Origin: Callorhinchus milii
Lineage: Eukaryota
NCBI RefSeq assembly: GCF_018977255.1
Contig: NW_024704742.1
Location: 41,914,001-41,978,000 of the forward strand
DNA: 64,000 bases
Direction: 5' to 3'
In this document: positions 23,781 to 37,785 of the stretch, piece after piece
Layout: the number at the start of each line of letters is the position of its first letter
Numbering within the stretch: position 1 is the first letter of the stretch
Translations under genes and position numbers: made by a program
The notes under the pieces: generated by a model
Told to the model about the DNA's origin: nothing
Seen by the model: the letters and a program-made list of their open reading frames with translations, nothing else
The model's database searches: none

Positions 23781-24779
23781 CCATCGGGTTGCAGTGCTGG
23801 CTGGTAGCACAGTGCTGGCTGGGTAGCACAGTTCCCCACGGTGGCCAGAGTTCCTCATGAGCACACCGAGGCGAGCCACATACATTTCCCAGAGTTCCCG
23901 CTCCCCCCCGGCTAGCTGCTTCCCATGCAAGCTCGAAAAGAGAAGGGAGATTCTTACATTTTCCTGACCAACAATCCCCCCAAATCAAAATTCATGGCTG
24001 CTTGTGAAATTGGCTGCCACATTGACTCACAAAACACACAGTCAATCCACTTTACAAGTATATCCTGTGAAGTGCTGTGGGACATCCTCTCAATGTGAAA
24101 GCTCTATTCCAAATGCAAGGATTATAATTGTATTATTAGAATCTCATACACGTGTCATGTATAACAACACAAGCTGCAATATCATTCCGAATAGAAAGAA
24201 TGTATTTTTTTAAGTGGTGGATCAGTGGGGCAGTGGCTGGATCTGACTTACTCCATATCTCTGAACTTGTAATGGAACCAGGGATGGTGGAAGACAGCTC
24301 ATGTGTGTTGAGGCTTTAAATTGAATTTTTTTTAATGTCATTTTCATTGTATTCTCTAACAAATACAAGCTTAACTGCAATATAAAACCATCTCTGAGTT
24401 GGCAGCTGTACCTTCTTCAGTTCCAGCTTGAATTCATTCTGAATTAAAATGATATCTTGCGTCACATCAAGAATCCTCCAGAGTTTAGCTTAAAACGCTT
24501 TATTCTCGAACATTGACAACCTTCCATCCAAGAAACATGAGATCACCAATTCTTCATCTTATTAAGAACACATTTTAAATATAGATATACTTATAGTACT
24601 GTCACTCTTCTAGATGAATTTTGTGATGAATTATAGAGTGATCTTGCAAACGGTAGCCTAATATCCAAAAAGGACCAACTTGAAACTCCCAGCATATATT
24701 TCATTTTAAACATTCTTCACAACCATCTGAGAGATGAATCTTTCAATAAATCTTTCAGCCAGCATTGCCGAATGAATTT

Positions 24780-25010
24780 TTCAACCATTCTGCTCTGCTC
24801 TCTGGAACTCTGAAGTACCTCCAGGTCACCCCCATGGTGTCCACATTCACAGCCCAGCTCAAGACTTGCCTCTTTGACAGCGCTTTTGGTCATCTTGTCC
24901 CTCCCTTCCCTCTTCAGCTCCAACCCTCCTGGTTCGGGTTCTTAGCTAGCAGTGTAAAGCACTTTGAGACATCCTGCCTATGTGAAAGACTACATAAATG
25001 TAAACTGTTT
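24780..25010 (+). mobile_element. L2 3' end fragment
   Basis: ctctggaactct...gctcaagacttgcctctttgac...gtaaagcactttgagacatcc...tacataaatgtaa. Confidence 0.7.
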
Positions 25011-25139
25011 TGTAAACGATATTGTATCTGTTGAAACTGGATTTAGTTCTGAATCTTAGAGAATGAATGGCAGCGTTCTGTTAGCTAGCCCTACAGATAG
25101 ATTCACAGCATTGTCTTAAATCAAGAGGTCACCCAAAGC

Positions 25140-25860
25140 TGCTAACTGGACACCCGAGCTAAGGGTGGGAGCTGAGGGAGTGGGAAGCGGGGAGAGGAAC
25201 GAAGACTGAAGGCACAGCCAAAGAGGCAGGTCCTTAGATGGGCCTTGAACGGGGTGAGGGAGCAAATAAGTCAGAGGGATTCCAGAATGGAGGTTTAGTG
25301 ACTGGGGACAGAAAGCCTGAAAGCCTGCCTGCTAATGGTGGGATGAGTACGGTGGGGAGCATGAAGTAGGCTGATGCTCACTGAGTGAAGGGAGTAATTA
25401 GGTTGACTGGGAGGTGAGAACTGCACCAGTAGACATGGAGAGGTTCACCATATCCGAAAGCAGGGGGCAAGGAGGTGAACCTTGGAGGTCAGAATAGGGG
25501 TGCAGATAGGGTCAAGGGAGCACATTAGTGGGTTTCATGTGGGAGGTGAGGGAGGAGAAGGATGAAAGAGAAACTTGGGTTGAAAATGTGAAGGGAGGGA
25601 GGGAGCAAGGGAGGGATGTGGGAGGCCGGAGGGGAAGGGGGGAGCAGAGAGGATCTTCTTGATTTTGGAATGCGGAAGTCCATCGTCTCCTCGCATCTGA
25701 AGTCAGAGGAGAGGATGGGTAGCCCATGGAAAGGTGGGCAAAGGATCTGGTTGGTGATGGGGAAGAGGAGTCTGGGGTTGTCCTTGGCTTCCAGGATGAT
25801 CCTGGATTAGAAGCACGATTTGAGGCGAGAATGAAGCAATAGGTGTCAGTGATGTCCAAT
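25140..25860 (-). mobile_element. L2 fragment (3' region joined to an internal pyrimidine-rich segment)
   Basis: Purine-rich plus strand with gattccagaat...gaaagcctgcctgctaatggtgg matching the other L2 ends in the window. The upstream part is less certain. Confidence 0.6.
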
Positions 25861-26649
25861 CAGATCTGGCAGTGAATAATTAGGCTGGATTTAAGCCACA
25901 TGGATTTTATTTGAATAATTTGGAAATATTATGTTTGAATAAACTGAAGCATTAAAAATAGCCGATATGTGCCTTGGCTTTTAATTAACATCCAACCCAT
26001 GGAAAAATACTTTCGTTAAAGTGTAATTAAAATGTCAGTCAATTCTGACAGGATTTTTTTTGCTGTAAACATAAACTGTTATTTTAATGAAATTTAGAAA
26101 GGCGTGTTTGTTTATTTTACTGAACAGCTTTCCCAGTGTTTCTTGTAGATAATCAACTCTAAAACTACATGCATTAGAAATGACTCGGGGGTGCAACCTA
26201 CAATTCATAGCCTTAGTTTAAAATTATATTTTAGAAACTCTTTATACTAAGTTAATAATTACTTAAACAATTCAATGAAAACTAATGCATGCATTAATAC
26301 AAGATAGTAGCTTCCAGGGAATTCATAATTCATATTACCTCAAAATTAATTTGCTATCTAAAATTTGATAATTAAAGCTGCAGAGGCTTTTGCAAATCTG
26401 AATTTATTCAGATTTGGAGGGAAGCATCTCAAAAAATAAAGATCGGAGGAAATGGAGGCACTGTCAATGCTGATGGAAAGACAGTTGGGAAAAGAAAGTA
26501 AGACTAGAGATCTCTGTGGATTATTTATTTGCTTTGAAAAAGTGACTTTGACACATTTATTCATTAAGGCAGAATTTATGGTTATAAAGGATCCAGAACT
26601 AGGTGAAGGAAGAGCATTCAACTTCACAGCACTCAACTTCATTTATTAA

Positions 26650-27200
26650 TAAAAACATGGCAGAACATCTTTGCCGACCTAAATTACATCCTTTCAAGAG
26701 CAGTAGTATTCTTCTTATGATATGTTGACCAATAATATCCAAATAGGTCTAATAAGTAACAAGATCACTTCCTTTGATTGACATACGATCTCTCTGCTAA
26801 TGCATTCCAGAACCTTGTTTGTCATTTTTACTGCTACCACACACGAATGGCTTCAATTATTTTTCTATAACAACCACTTTGCTCATCAGTGCTCATAAAT
26901 GACTGTTTAATTCAACACATGACCTCCCTAGATTGAGTTGTTTCTGCAATACCATTCTTTTTAATCACACACTGCATTTAATAATTGCATTTGCCATCTA
27001 TGAGCCCAATTTCACAAAAGTTCTAAATCCTTCAAAATCTGGGTTCATGGTGTTCCCACTTCCTCATTATTAACTTTCTCCAGTTGTAAAAGACTTATAA
27101 TGTTATCTTCTCTTTTCTGCTCTTAAACCAAATTCTCCATACTTTGTATGGATTTATTTAGTATTCCTGTACTTTTTACCTCAGCAAACATATCAATTTA
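26650..27200 (-). mobile_element. Very old CR1 RT fragment
   Basis: Minus strand shows MFAE (FADD-like; tcagcaaacat at 27181) and degenerate downstream CR1 sequence (tttgccatctatgagcccaatt). Confidence 0.45.
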
Positions 27201-27202
27201 AG

Positions 27203-27653
27203 AATAATATCCTAATAATAATCCGTGCACTTAGTATAGTGCCTTTCACGTCTGGGAGACGTCCCAAAGCGCTTCACAGGATATATATTGTAAAGTGGAT
27301 TGAATGTGTGATTTGTGGATGAACACAGCTGCCAATTTTAAGCACAGCAAACTCTCAAAAACAGCCATAGAGTGAATGTCCAATTTTATTTGGGGGATTG
27401 TTGGCCAGGTCACTAGAAGACACTCCCTTTTTTTTTGAATAGTAGCATAAGATATTTAATATCCACCTGAACAAGTAGACAGATCCTAANTTTTTTTAAC
27501 ATCTCATTTGAAAGACGGCACCTCCAACAATGCAGAGCACCCCAGCACTGCATTGGAATGTCAGGTTGACGATGAGTTCCACGTCCCGGCATAGTGTTTG
27601 AACCCAGAACTTTCTGCCTCAGGGGCGAGAGTGCTACCAACTGAGCCAGCCTG
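27203..27653 (-). mobile_element. Deu-domain SINE, near full length
   Basis: tctcatttgaaagacggcacctccaacaatgcagagcaccccagcactgcattgg, head gagagtgctaccaactgagcc, L2-like tail and (ATA)n. Confidence 0.9.
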
Positions 27654-28659
27654 ACACAAATTAGCCATTAATAAATGCTACTTACTTATTCTCCAATTTC
27701 AATACCCTTCAATATTTTAATTGGATTAATATTTTCCTTTACTCTTTGCCTTCTGTATCTGTTTGTAAACCATTTTATCATCTACTTTTTTGTTTATTTT
27801 GCTTCTGCTTGCTTTTATATTCTGCTTTAACTTTATAAATGTATTTTCCTTTTGCTATACTTTACATCCTGACTTAGCAATATTAGCCTTTATTGTTCTT
27901 TCAGATGCTTTAATTTTACCAGGATAAATTACAATTGCAATTTCTCCAAATATTTCTGGAAATATTTTCCTCATTTTCACTGTAGATTTCCAGCCCACTT
28001 CTTGTCAAATTTTAACCACTTTACAATGTTACATCTCTCTCCCTGCCTTCAACAATCTCCTACAAACTTCTCTCTTCGATTATGCCTTTCTGAAAGCCAA
28101 AACATGGCAGATTTGAACCTACAGCTGTAAATATACACACTTAAATCTTAAATACAAATAACTGACATTTATGCACAATAGTCTGAGTGTAGCGACGAAT
28201 CAGAAATGTGGTCACAATGGGTCTACTATAAGGGAGGCGTATAATTATTTATTCCATCAAATTACAGAGGACATCAACTGTTACAAAACTGAATTATGTT
28301 ATTTGTGATGAATCATATTCAAAGATGCGTAGCCCATACTTTTTGATGGGCTTAAATACAGCTGAGATTCCCATAAAGATTTTAAGTTTGAACACCACAT
28401 ATTGTCATTTTTGTTAGTCTCGATAATGCATTCCATTTTTATGGGTTTTGGATGCTTCAGTCTTCAGCTTCTGTACCAGGACTGACTGGTGAGCGGCTTT
28501 CAGCTACAAGTAATGGAACATTTATTTTATTGTCAGTTGAAAATCTGTTTACAGTTAGCTGAGTGGGCAGAATATGGCTTCTGAAAACATGCCTGCAGTG
28601 CATCTAATAGCTGTCTGATTCCAATCTGGCCAGTTACTTACCACTGCCAATGTCAAGTG

Positions 28660-28845
28660 GCAGCTCATTCAGATTCACTCTGGGTCAGAAAATTTCTTTG
28701 AGACTTGAGCTGATCAACTAACGTGCCTCTCAAGTGCAGTACTGGGGGAATGCTGCATTGTTGGAGGTGCTGTTCTTTACATCGGAGTCTAATCTGCCTG
28801 TTCTTTTGCTGGACTTTAAAGATCACATGGCACAATTTGAACCAG
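28660..28845 (+). mobile_element. Deu-domain SINE fragment
   Basis: agtgcagtactgggggaatgctgcattgttggaggtgc...ggactttaaagatcacatggcac. Confidence 0.8.
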
Positions 28846-28994
28846 AATTCCACAACATGGATGAAAGTTATTATATATGAGCCACTTCTCTAAAGAGCTG
28901 TTTCTTTGGTGCTTTGTCCTTTCCATATATGTTTCTATACTTATAGAATATACAAAATATTTCAGGCTCTGTTTATCTAATCCTTATGGACCTT

Positions 28995-29245
28995 GAATTA
29001 CACAGAATTATATATGATGTTGTAGCATGAAAACATGCTATTCAGCCGATCTGGTCTGTAGCGCTTTTTAAACTCCCCCTAAACCTCCTCCCCCTTAATC
29101 CCCGCTGTTACACTCCTCTATTCCCTTTTCCCTCATGTATCCATTACATTTGCTTTTAAAGACATTAATCCTTTCTGCTTCAATCACAGCTTCCCATATT
29201 CTCACCACTCTCTGTATGATGAAGTTCCTCCTAAACTCCCTGCAT
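28995..29245 (-). mobile_element. CR1 3' tail fragment
   Basis: Similar to 21155-21420 (cagaattatat...ctattcagcc...ttcccatattctcaccactctctg...ttcctcctaaactcc). Confidence 0.65.
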
Positions 29246-30699
29246 TGAATACTTCAATACAATCTCTCTGAGATTTCTGTTCAATGCAGTTGAAATGAAG
29301 GGTTTATTTTCTTGGAAAAGAGTAGAATCTCCTAGTGAAGGCAAAGTGTTATTCTCTATAAATGTTAAGGACCATCACAGAGCTGATAGGAAGGATAAGA
29401 GTCCATGGTTGGAGAATGGTAAAACTTGATTGCTGTGTTGTCTATTTTGTTTTCTTATCTATAGTCCGATTGTGCGGAATTTCATTCAAAATGGCTGATA
29501 TCCTTGAATATGCTCCATTTACTAATATTTTCCCATAGTTTTCAGCATTGTACCTCCTCATCTGTTACTAATGAAAATCCAGCCTTAAAGTACATTGACG
29601 GCCTTTTCCAAGCTAAGAGAAAAAGCCAGTACAGTCAATATTTACTTGTGGTTTAATCGCAATCTAATAAATGCAAAATAACAAGGTATTTCTCTCCAAA
29701 ATATATGTTATTTTGAGTGTGATCAAAATTCCTGAGGTATTTTTATATGTCAACTAGGCCTCAAAGGATTCACAGTGAGGGATAACTCAGATCGCTTACC
29801 ATTTGACATTTATAGTTGGCTGGCCACCATTGCCAGCTTATTATAAGTTAACATGCAACAAGATCTCCCACAAATAAAAAAAAATTAGCATTTACTCTAA
29901 TGTATGAGTCCAGAATGCCAAACTTAAATGAATTACTGTTTGCTCGTGGTTTCAGGATATTAATAGTTTCTAACTTCCTTGAGCATATTCTGAAAAATAT
30001 GCCTATTTTAATAGGTTTAAATTTCTATTGCAACAAAGGAGTTTTTACTGTTGTGTTTTTAAACTTACACTCTGTTTTTCTTTAAAAGGACATTGTTAAC
30101 CATGCAAAGTTGCTGGCCAGGTTTTTTTCACTGTCAATAAACATTTGTGTATAATGTTCTCCAGGTGCAAAAAATGTTCTTTTTTGTGTGTATTTGTTTG
30201 TTTGTTATATTCAATTTTATTATTCTTGAGAGTAAATATGCTATGTTGCAAAACAGCTTCATATCACTTCCTCATGAAATCAACATGAGAAATATGGCAT
30301 TTATTTTCTTTGATTCCTTCCCTATAAAATAGCCACAATCTCCCTTTCACCCCAAAAGCCCATCCTTCTTGTCAAATAACATCTTGGACTATGTTTTAGT
30401 CACACAGCTCACTCCATAGCAATCGGGTTAATTTTTAAGTGCATTTCCTGCATATGAGTAAATTAGTGTGAAGAAGTCATTGGAAGCAAATTCCCCAACA
30501 GACTTTGCCAAATCTCTGTCCCTTAGCACAGACAAACTTGGCCAAACAGATGTGCTTGGCTTCAGTGAACTAATACAGTTACAATAATGCCCTCTTCCAT
30601 ATTCCACAGTATGATTCTGTATTGCTATCACTGCCAAGATTAAGCAAACAATTGCTGTGTCTGACCAGTAAAAACTGCCCCCTAATTTTTGAATAGTGC

Positions 30700-30835
30700 T
30701 GCGGGTTCTTTAAAACCCCCTTGAACAGGCAGACACTGTACTGCAGTGACAGCCTAGACATGAACTCAAAGTGGAGCTTGAATTCACAACTTTCTGAATC
30801 AAGGGCGAGAGTGCTACAAACTGTATCAGGCTGAC
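30700..30835 (-). mobile_element. Deu-SINE head fragment
   Basis: actgcagtgacagcctaga...gcttgaattcacaactttctgaatcaagggcgagagtgctac. Confidence 0.65.
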
Positions 30836-31569
30836 TTTAGTTGTATGTTGTAAGGAGTTTTTATTGGAAATAAAATGAGTTATTCTCAGCTTCCAACAAC
30901 ATGTTAGAAGCATAAGATATGCTTGGGAGATTTCACTAATAGTGTTACAAAACATAAACAGTTGCTTGTACCAAAAGCATTGACTTAAAGGTATCAATCA
31001 GGAAGCTTTCAAATCGTAGATTCTCTCAGGTTTGCAGAAACACAGGTGTTTTGGTAGTTTTAATGTGTTCCTTGTATGTATTATTTAAGGAACATTTGAT
31101 AATTATGAATAGGTAGAACACCTATCTCCAGATGATGGATTTGTTACTTTCCAGGTCCTAGTTTCCCTATTTCTTTTTTTGGGAGGAGGGCGACGGTGGT
31201 GGTGGGGGGTGGGGGGGTGGGAGAAATTTGTATTTTCTGGTTCTAGGAGCTACATTAAATGGGTGATAACCTTTTTTTGTTTGTTTCCCAACACTGATCT
31301 ATTCAGAAGAACCAAACTCCATGCACTCCACAGACACAAACATATATTTTATTGATTAACCAAGAGGTATTGGCCTGGCGATATTAACGTTCTTGCCCTC
31401 CCAACTCAGAAACCAGCCCCTTGATAGCAGAACCATTTCCTTTCCCCCAACATTAGTCACCTAATGTTCCAAGCAGCGGCATTTCCCCAACTACCATTGT
31501 TCTTATATTAGATAATCTGTTCTCATATTATATAGTTTTAGGAAATAACATATGGGATAGTTATAGTTA

Positions 31570-31750
31570 CAATAATAGATATTTACAGTACAGAAGAATC
31601 CCATTTGACCGATTGTGTCTGTGCTGTGCCTTTTAAAGAGCAATTCTTTAAATCCATTTGCCTGACTTTTCCCCATATCCCTATAGCTTATTCTTATTTA
31701 GATGTCTATATAGTTACCTTTTGAAAGCTGTTATGGATTCTGCTTTGACT
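31570..31750 (-). mobile_element. CR1 3' tail fragment
   Basis: tttacagtacagaag...ccatttgacc.attgtgtctgtgct...ctttccccatatccc...tttgaaagctgttatggattctgctt. Confidence 0.65.
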
Positions 31751-33049
31751 TCCAATAATTTCGGACCTCTTAAGTAAATGTGAGAAAGATTCACACAATT
31801 TAACAGTCCTGGGTTGCGAGATACTTCGACTGCTAGGAAATGAATGGAGCTGCCATATAGTGCAGTGCACTTTAGAAGCTGAAATTAACCCTGAATTATC
31901 ATGGTGTTGAAGGGTATCCAGATTCCCGCTGGTTCCATATCTGAGCTGAGGGAAAATAAATTCTCAGAATTGCTTACAATTATTCTGTGGATGTCAAAAA
32001 TGTTTAAGAAATATGGCTTCTCACGATATTTAACATATTAGGCTTTCCCTCAGTGCTTGCTTATCACCAGCACACAAGGTTCCTCCTCTGAAATCCTTAC
32101 AACAAAGCTTCCATTGCCAAAACCTACACTGTATGAACAATTTATTATGTAATCCCCGTTGCTTGCAGTCGTAGGCTCTAGATTATGGAATGTCAATTTT
32201 TGTGTAAAATGCTAATGAAAGTAGATTTCATTTCCATGTATCCCTTTGAGGGATGAAGAATAATTTTGTGTTGAAGATATTATTCCAACCCATGTTATTG
32301 GCATATGTAAGCTCCACTGACATGTTAGCTACTATTGTCATGGTCATGGCCAGGTATGATTATAACACAGGAACATGCAAAATCCAAAACCTCCCATCAA
32401 TTTAACCCAATATAATATCCAAGCACAAGGACACAATATCACCCAATAGAAAGAATGTATTTTAAGCAGTTGTTGAATACTATATGCACATAAGTACCAT
32501 TACACTACTACTTTCCAGAATAACTGGAAACACATATTTTGGATAAAAGACAAAATAAATAATCTTCACTTTGAGTGAGTGTCTCTGATATTGTTCCAAG
32601 CTTTTAAAGTAGGTTTTCCTTTCGTTGCGAGTTATACTTAGCTGTTAATGTTGACAGAAAAAGGTGCTTTTGTGGATAGTTTAGTCACAAATAAAAGCAG
32701 ACCACACTTCATTTTTGCTGTGCAAGAGAAAAATAACTTGGTTTATTGAATTTCAACTGGAGGCCAACAAAGGGTTCAGTACTTCTACTCTGCAAAGTGA
32801 ACGTGCACTGATTTTTTAAAGACATTCATTTAAAACGGCATTGTCATTGGTAACCTGTCTGAACCCTGCCTGGGAAAATCACATGCACACTTTCAACACA
32901 GAGCAAAATGGTGCGTTAGGTGAGACAATTATATTAAAGCCTATATTATTAATATTACTCTTAAAACAAAGGGGGGAACATCAATTGTGAAGGTTTGCAC
33001 TGCAACAAATATGCTGTATTTTTAAGGAAGTAACAACAGCATTACATTT

Positions 33050-34035
33050 TCAGATTCTGTCCCCTCCACATCACACTGTAAAATGTCCACTCTCTATCCC
33101 ACAGAGCCCTCACCATCCATGATCTCATCCTGGATGAAAACATTGATATCCTCCCCCTCGCTGAAACCTGGATTACTCCCAGTGACACCTTCCCCCTGAC
33201 TGAGCTCATCCCACCCAGTTCCTCCTTCCAGCAAACTGCTCGACCCAACAATCATGGCGGTGCCTTGGCTCTTATTTCCAGGTCTCTATTGTTCCCCCCC
33301 AAATCCTCCAGCACTTTCCTCTCCAACATCTCCACCATTCTGTCTTCCCTCTGCCTCTGATCCAAACGCCTCCACATCTTGTACAACTTCAACCTTCACT
33401 TCACTTCTTCTTGCTCTGCCCTGCTGACTTCTCTTCCATTCTCTACATTCACTTGACATTCACTCTGCCACCCAATCCATTGTCACCCCTTTGACTTGGT
33501 GATTACCCAAGGCCTCACCATCATGGACATAACCATCACTGATAAAGCCACCTCGGACTATGCAGAGCCTCGATATTTTGTTGACTCTTAACAGTCCTTT
33601 ACTCATTCAGCTTTCCTCCACCTGTGCAACATTGCCCAGCTCCACCACTACCTCTCCCCTCTGACCACCGAGACCTTTATTCATGCTTTTACAAAAGCCT
33701 ACCAACCCACCCTCCACTCAGCAAGTACTGGCCTGCTTCACATCCCCTGTCCTGCCCACCCTGCAATCAGTGGTCAGGCCTTCAGCCTTTCTGCCCACAA
33801 TCACTGGAACTCCATCCCGGAGTCCCTTCACTTTCCATTGTTTCCTTCAAAGTCTGTCTCAAGAATTTCCTCTTTGCACCACATCCATGTTCCTCATCTT
33901 CCCAACCCCACCCCGTTGGAATCCATCTCTTCCCATTCCAACTCCCAGCTTAGATGCAAACCCTTAACTGTTCAGCAACTTGGGATGTCCTCCTGGCAGG
34001 TAAGGCGCTACATAAGTAGGATTTGTTGTTATTGT
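33050..34035 (+). mobile_element. Internally deleted L2 element (AP-endonuclease relic joined to ORF2 C-terminus and 3' tail)
   Basis: NVHSL..ALTIHDLILDENIDILPLAETW (33082-33171), HGGALA, HPFDLVITQGL, SDY, then HLCNIAQLHHYLS..TFIHAF, ccttcagc...ctggaactccatccc and tail ttgggatgtcctcc...aaggcgctacataa...ttgttgtt. Confidence 0.8.
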
Positions 34036-34319
34036 TAATATTGTTCTACATAGGGGTGGAATTTCCTGATTCTGCACATCACATGTAAAGAGAGATTGAC
34101 AGATAATCAAAATTTCACCTATTCTTAGCCTGGAAAATTCTTAAATTCAGAATCAATTTGTAACACAGTTCTATTTAAAATGTGTAAATCTGAAATATTA
34201 AGACAAATACATGTCTTATTACAGGCAAATACAAATAATAATTATTATTACCCTTGAATTTGACAAACCAAATGATAACATTATTGAAACACCTCAAAGG
34301 GCTTCACAGGAATTTTACT

Positions 34320-34470
34320 GTGAGATGGTAGAGGCCAGGACACTGGATTCATTTAGAAAACAGTTTGATGCTGTGATGAGGGGATAGTAGGGTATGTGTT
34401 CTGGAGGGTGATGTTGGATAGGATGAAAGGCTTTCTTCATCCAGACCAATCTTGTGATCCAATCTTGTGA
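34320..34470 (+). mobile_element. CR1 3' tail fragment
   Basis: gatggtagaggcc...ggattcatttagaaaacagtttgatgctg...ggatgaaaggctttcttcatcc...cttgtgat; related to 56350-56540. Confidence 0.55.
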
Positions 34471-34866
34471 TTTTCTGACACAAAGTTCTATGTAAACCCA
34501 ATGCTTCTGCAATCCTTGTCATTGCTTGTTAAGTACAATTAAGGACACCTACAATATCATTTTGGTCCATGTACATTTACACACGGTTAATACAACCTGT
34601 AAATTAGACACTATTACCTGAAAAATTGTGGGTTATTACTACTCGGAAATACATTTGTGGTGTATACATTCTATGAGATCTCATGTCACATCATGTTCAA
34701 GAATCACATGTTGAAAGTGACAGAACTGGGTTGAACCTCATCAAGTTCCCATACAATTTTGCTTGCAACGTGATTCGGACAAAATACTACTGTCTCCAAG
34801 AATTCAAGAATTTGTCAGGAATAGAGCTACTTCAGAGAAGAAACAACATCTCCTTGGAAGCCTTAT

Positions 34867-34962
34867 TGTCTTAGCTTAAATCTTCTTATAGTTTTAGCCT
34901 GAAACGTGTCATGGTCTTACTCTGAATCTTCTCATGGTCTTAGCCTGAAGATTGTTGTCTTA
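34867..34962. repeat. Degenerate minisatellite, about 23-bp unit, about 4 copies
   Basis: Units resemble ggtcttagcctgaatcttctcat. Confidence 0.6.
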
Positions 34963-37785
34963 AAATTTAAGACTGTGCAGAATTTTGACAAATACTTAAA
35001 GCAAATGTTCATTTGGAACCCATTTTTCCCTAGCACCCAAAAGAAATATGCAAAAACATTCAAAGACTGAATTTCATTTTCCCAAATGATAGCTAAGGCC
35101 ATGAGAAATGTCAGAATTCAGATGTCTGTGTACCAACTTCAAATTGATTGTGAAACACTGCACTAGATAATTTATTTATCTAGTTAACTGATATGACAAG
35201 AAGATGTAAGCAGAAGTATTATGATTAAGGGCCAGCTTGTAACTTGTTTAGTTTAAGGTCACATTTATCAAATGTTTCCTAATATGTATGCAAATGTAAG
35301 AGAAAACATATTTCACTAACATGAAGTTTAAACATTTATTTTGATTGTCATCTGCAAAGTTTACACATCTGGAAAGACAAAGGGAAATTTCTATGTGTAG
35401 GTGGCCTTCATATGTGGAGCTCTTAATTTGGTTGGATACCCTTAAGCATGGTAAAGGATTTCTCCATGTTTTAGCTGACCCAAAAATTTGGGATAAATCA
35501 TGTGTTACATAGAAAGTTATAAGTGCTTCACATAAGCATATACAATCTACCTAGGTAAGTCTGGTTGAACATGTACACCAAGCCTCAATGCTAGTACCCA
35601 TATAGCTTTTATCAACACCCTATATTAGCACTAATTCCAGTGCTCTGGGGAGAGGCTTGGACATCAATAAGATGTATTGGGTATGTCAGCACTCCTTCCA
35701 TTCTGGTGTAATGAGGGAGTCACAGACCAAAAGAAAATAGAGAAGTTACCAATGGAAGGACAACAGCATCTTGCATTTATATATTGCTTTTCACAACAAA
35801 TAGCACCACAATAATCGTCACCACAGCAAATATCACCACAACGAATATCACATATTCCAACACTTTCCTCTCTGACACCTCCACCCTTCAGAGTCCAAAT
35901 AATCCCACTACCTCCAAGATGTACACTATTGTCAGGGACAAACAACTGTTCACAATTTCCAATGTAGACATAAACTGGAGCTCTGCCTTCACAAACCAGT
36001 AACAGCCATAAACACGTCAGCACCATATTTACCAGGCTCACCTCAACCACGTTTGATGCTGTAGGGTTATAAATTTAATTCCATAAAAATAATGCTTACT
36101 TTCTCAAATGTGTATTACAACAACCTTATGTTGCATGCTTGCAACAGTAAATTAATTTTGACACCTTAAACTAATTATAGAAAATGTTTCATATATTTAT
36201 ACACTAATATTTTTCTGATTTTCTAGTGCAGAGCAGTTAACTTTCTTCAAAAAGAATCAAATACAAGAACCCCTGTTGCTGCAGCAGTAGCAATGCTGTA
36301 GTTCTTTAAGAGAAATCTGTGCAAGCAAAGGATCAAAGGCACGTCTGTTTGATGTGCGTAAAACCAAACGGCCTCCTCACTTCTCTTCCTTTAGGGTGCC
36401 TAATCCACGAACTTTCAAGGCAAAAATTCCTTTGAAGTGGATTTCTGATTCAAAAGTTTGCAATTAAATTAATATTTATCAAGGTAAACAATTTTTAAAA
36501 AATTCTAGAAAATGAAAAATTATTCAAGAGAGCAGTCCACAAATGTTTCATGTCCAGCCTTGTCGTGCAAAATAATACAATCCTGAAATATCTACACTGT
36601 TTTAAATAACAATAAAGTTTCCTTTTAGAGACAGGGAATCTCAACACAAGTAAAGTTGTACTAAATACTGCAAGGACCAGAATAAAGAATAAACATTCCA
36701 GATTTTTAGTTCACCGTTGTGTGAATAGCACTGTATTTCACTTTTAATATAACATGTAGAACTGGGCAAAGTATCATAGTAATTCCAGCTCTTTCATATT
36801 TCCCTCATTCTGATCCACTGTATAACTTGTTGCTAGCATTCTGATGCCCTCCTGAATTATGATAATTATGAGATATTTCTTATTCCTTTCTTTGTATTCA
36901 TATAAGGAAATTTGCAGGGATTCCTTAATGTGCTGCTGATGCAGACAACAAACACCTTAAGTAATACTGTAGATTACCCCCATAGACTATACGACTATTT
37001 ATTTGTCTATTTAATAAGTATACAGTAGCAAAGGCTCATGAGGTCAGATAAAAAACCTGAAAGCACATTTCTTTTTTCAGCCTTTACTGAATTCAGGAAT
37101 TTGAAAATCTGCATTATTTTTAAATGTCAAAATTGTGACTTGCAACCTGAATGCTGTAGATAATGCACTGGCTTCTAGTTTGTGAATATCACAATTTTCA
37201 TCTGGATAGGATTGTGGAGTAACATAGATGTTACAAAACCCCAAACTGCATCGAATGTTAGCAAATCCAACAAATTAACAAAAACAACAACTTTCAATTA
37301 CATAGTAGCTTTCACACAAGATAATGTTAAAGGTGTTTTCCAAAAACAATGTAAATCACTAATTATGGGAGGAAGAAAAGGAAAGGTTTGAGGATTGCTG
37401 ACCATGGTCTTCTAGACAAGTGTGTAAAATGGTTTTGATGGCAATAAGAGAAGAGGCAAAGCACAGGAAGTGTTTCTGAGAACACCTTCAATAACAATAA
37501 CAATTTGCATTTATTTGGCACCCTGCACCTGGGATGGCGTCCTGGAGTGTTCAGCTTTCGCATTCTGCAGGGAAATTTACATTCATCGATGGAACGCTCA
37601 GTCTTGTTTGGATAAGCAATGTCCAATATTTTTGCATTTGTCAGACTTCTGGTTGGCCAAAAACAAGTTGCAGTGGTAGTATGGTGATATTTGTGCAAGT
37701 AATATCTGTAAGATTAGCTGGGCTAAACTAACTCCTGGGAACATTGAAAGTTCACTTTGGAGGGGTCCCTAAATAATTTGATATG

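Noticed and set aside
26412..26497. Possible plus-strand exon (IWREASQKIKIGGNGGTVNADGKTVGKR)
   Set aside because: Splice-like ends and one open frame are expected by chance in 64 kb, and I recognise no homology.
31181..31222. G-rich tract with G-quadruplex potential
   Set aside because: Isolated low-complexity run with no promoter or other context.
35664..36050. Cys-rich 128-aa and Thr-rich 72-aa ORFs
   Set aside because: They derive from an L2-type tail plus a short degenerate cacca/aat-rich repeat, with no domain or splice support.
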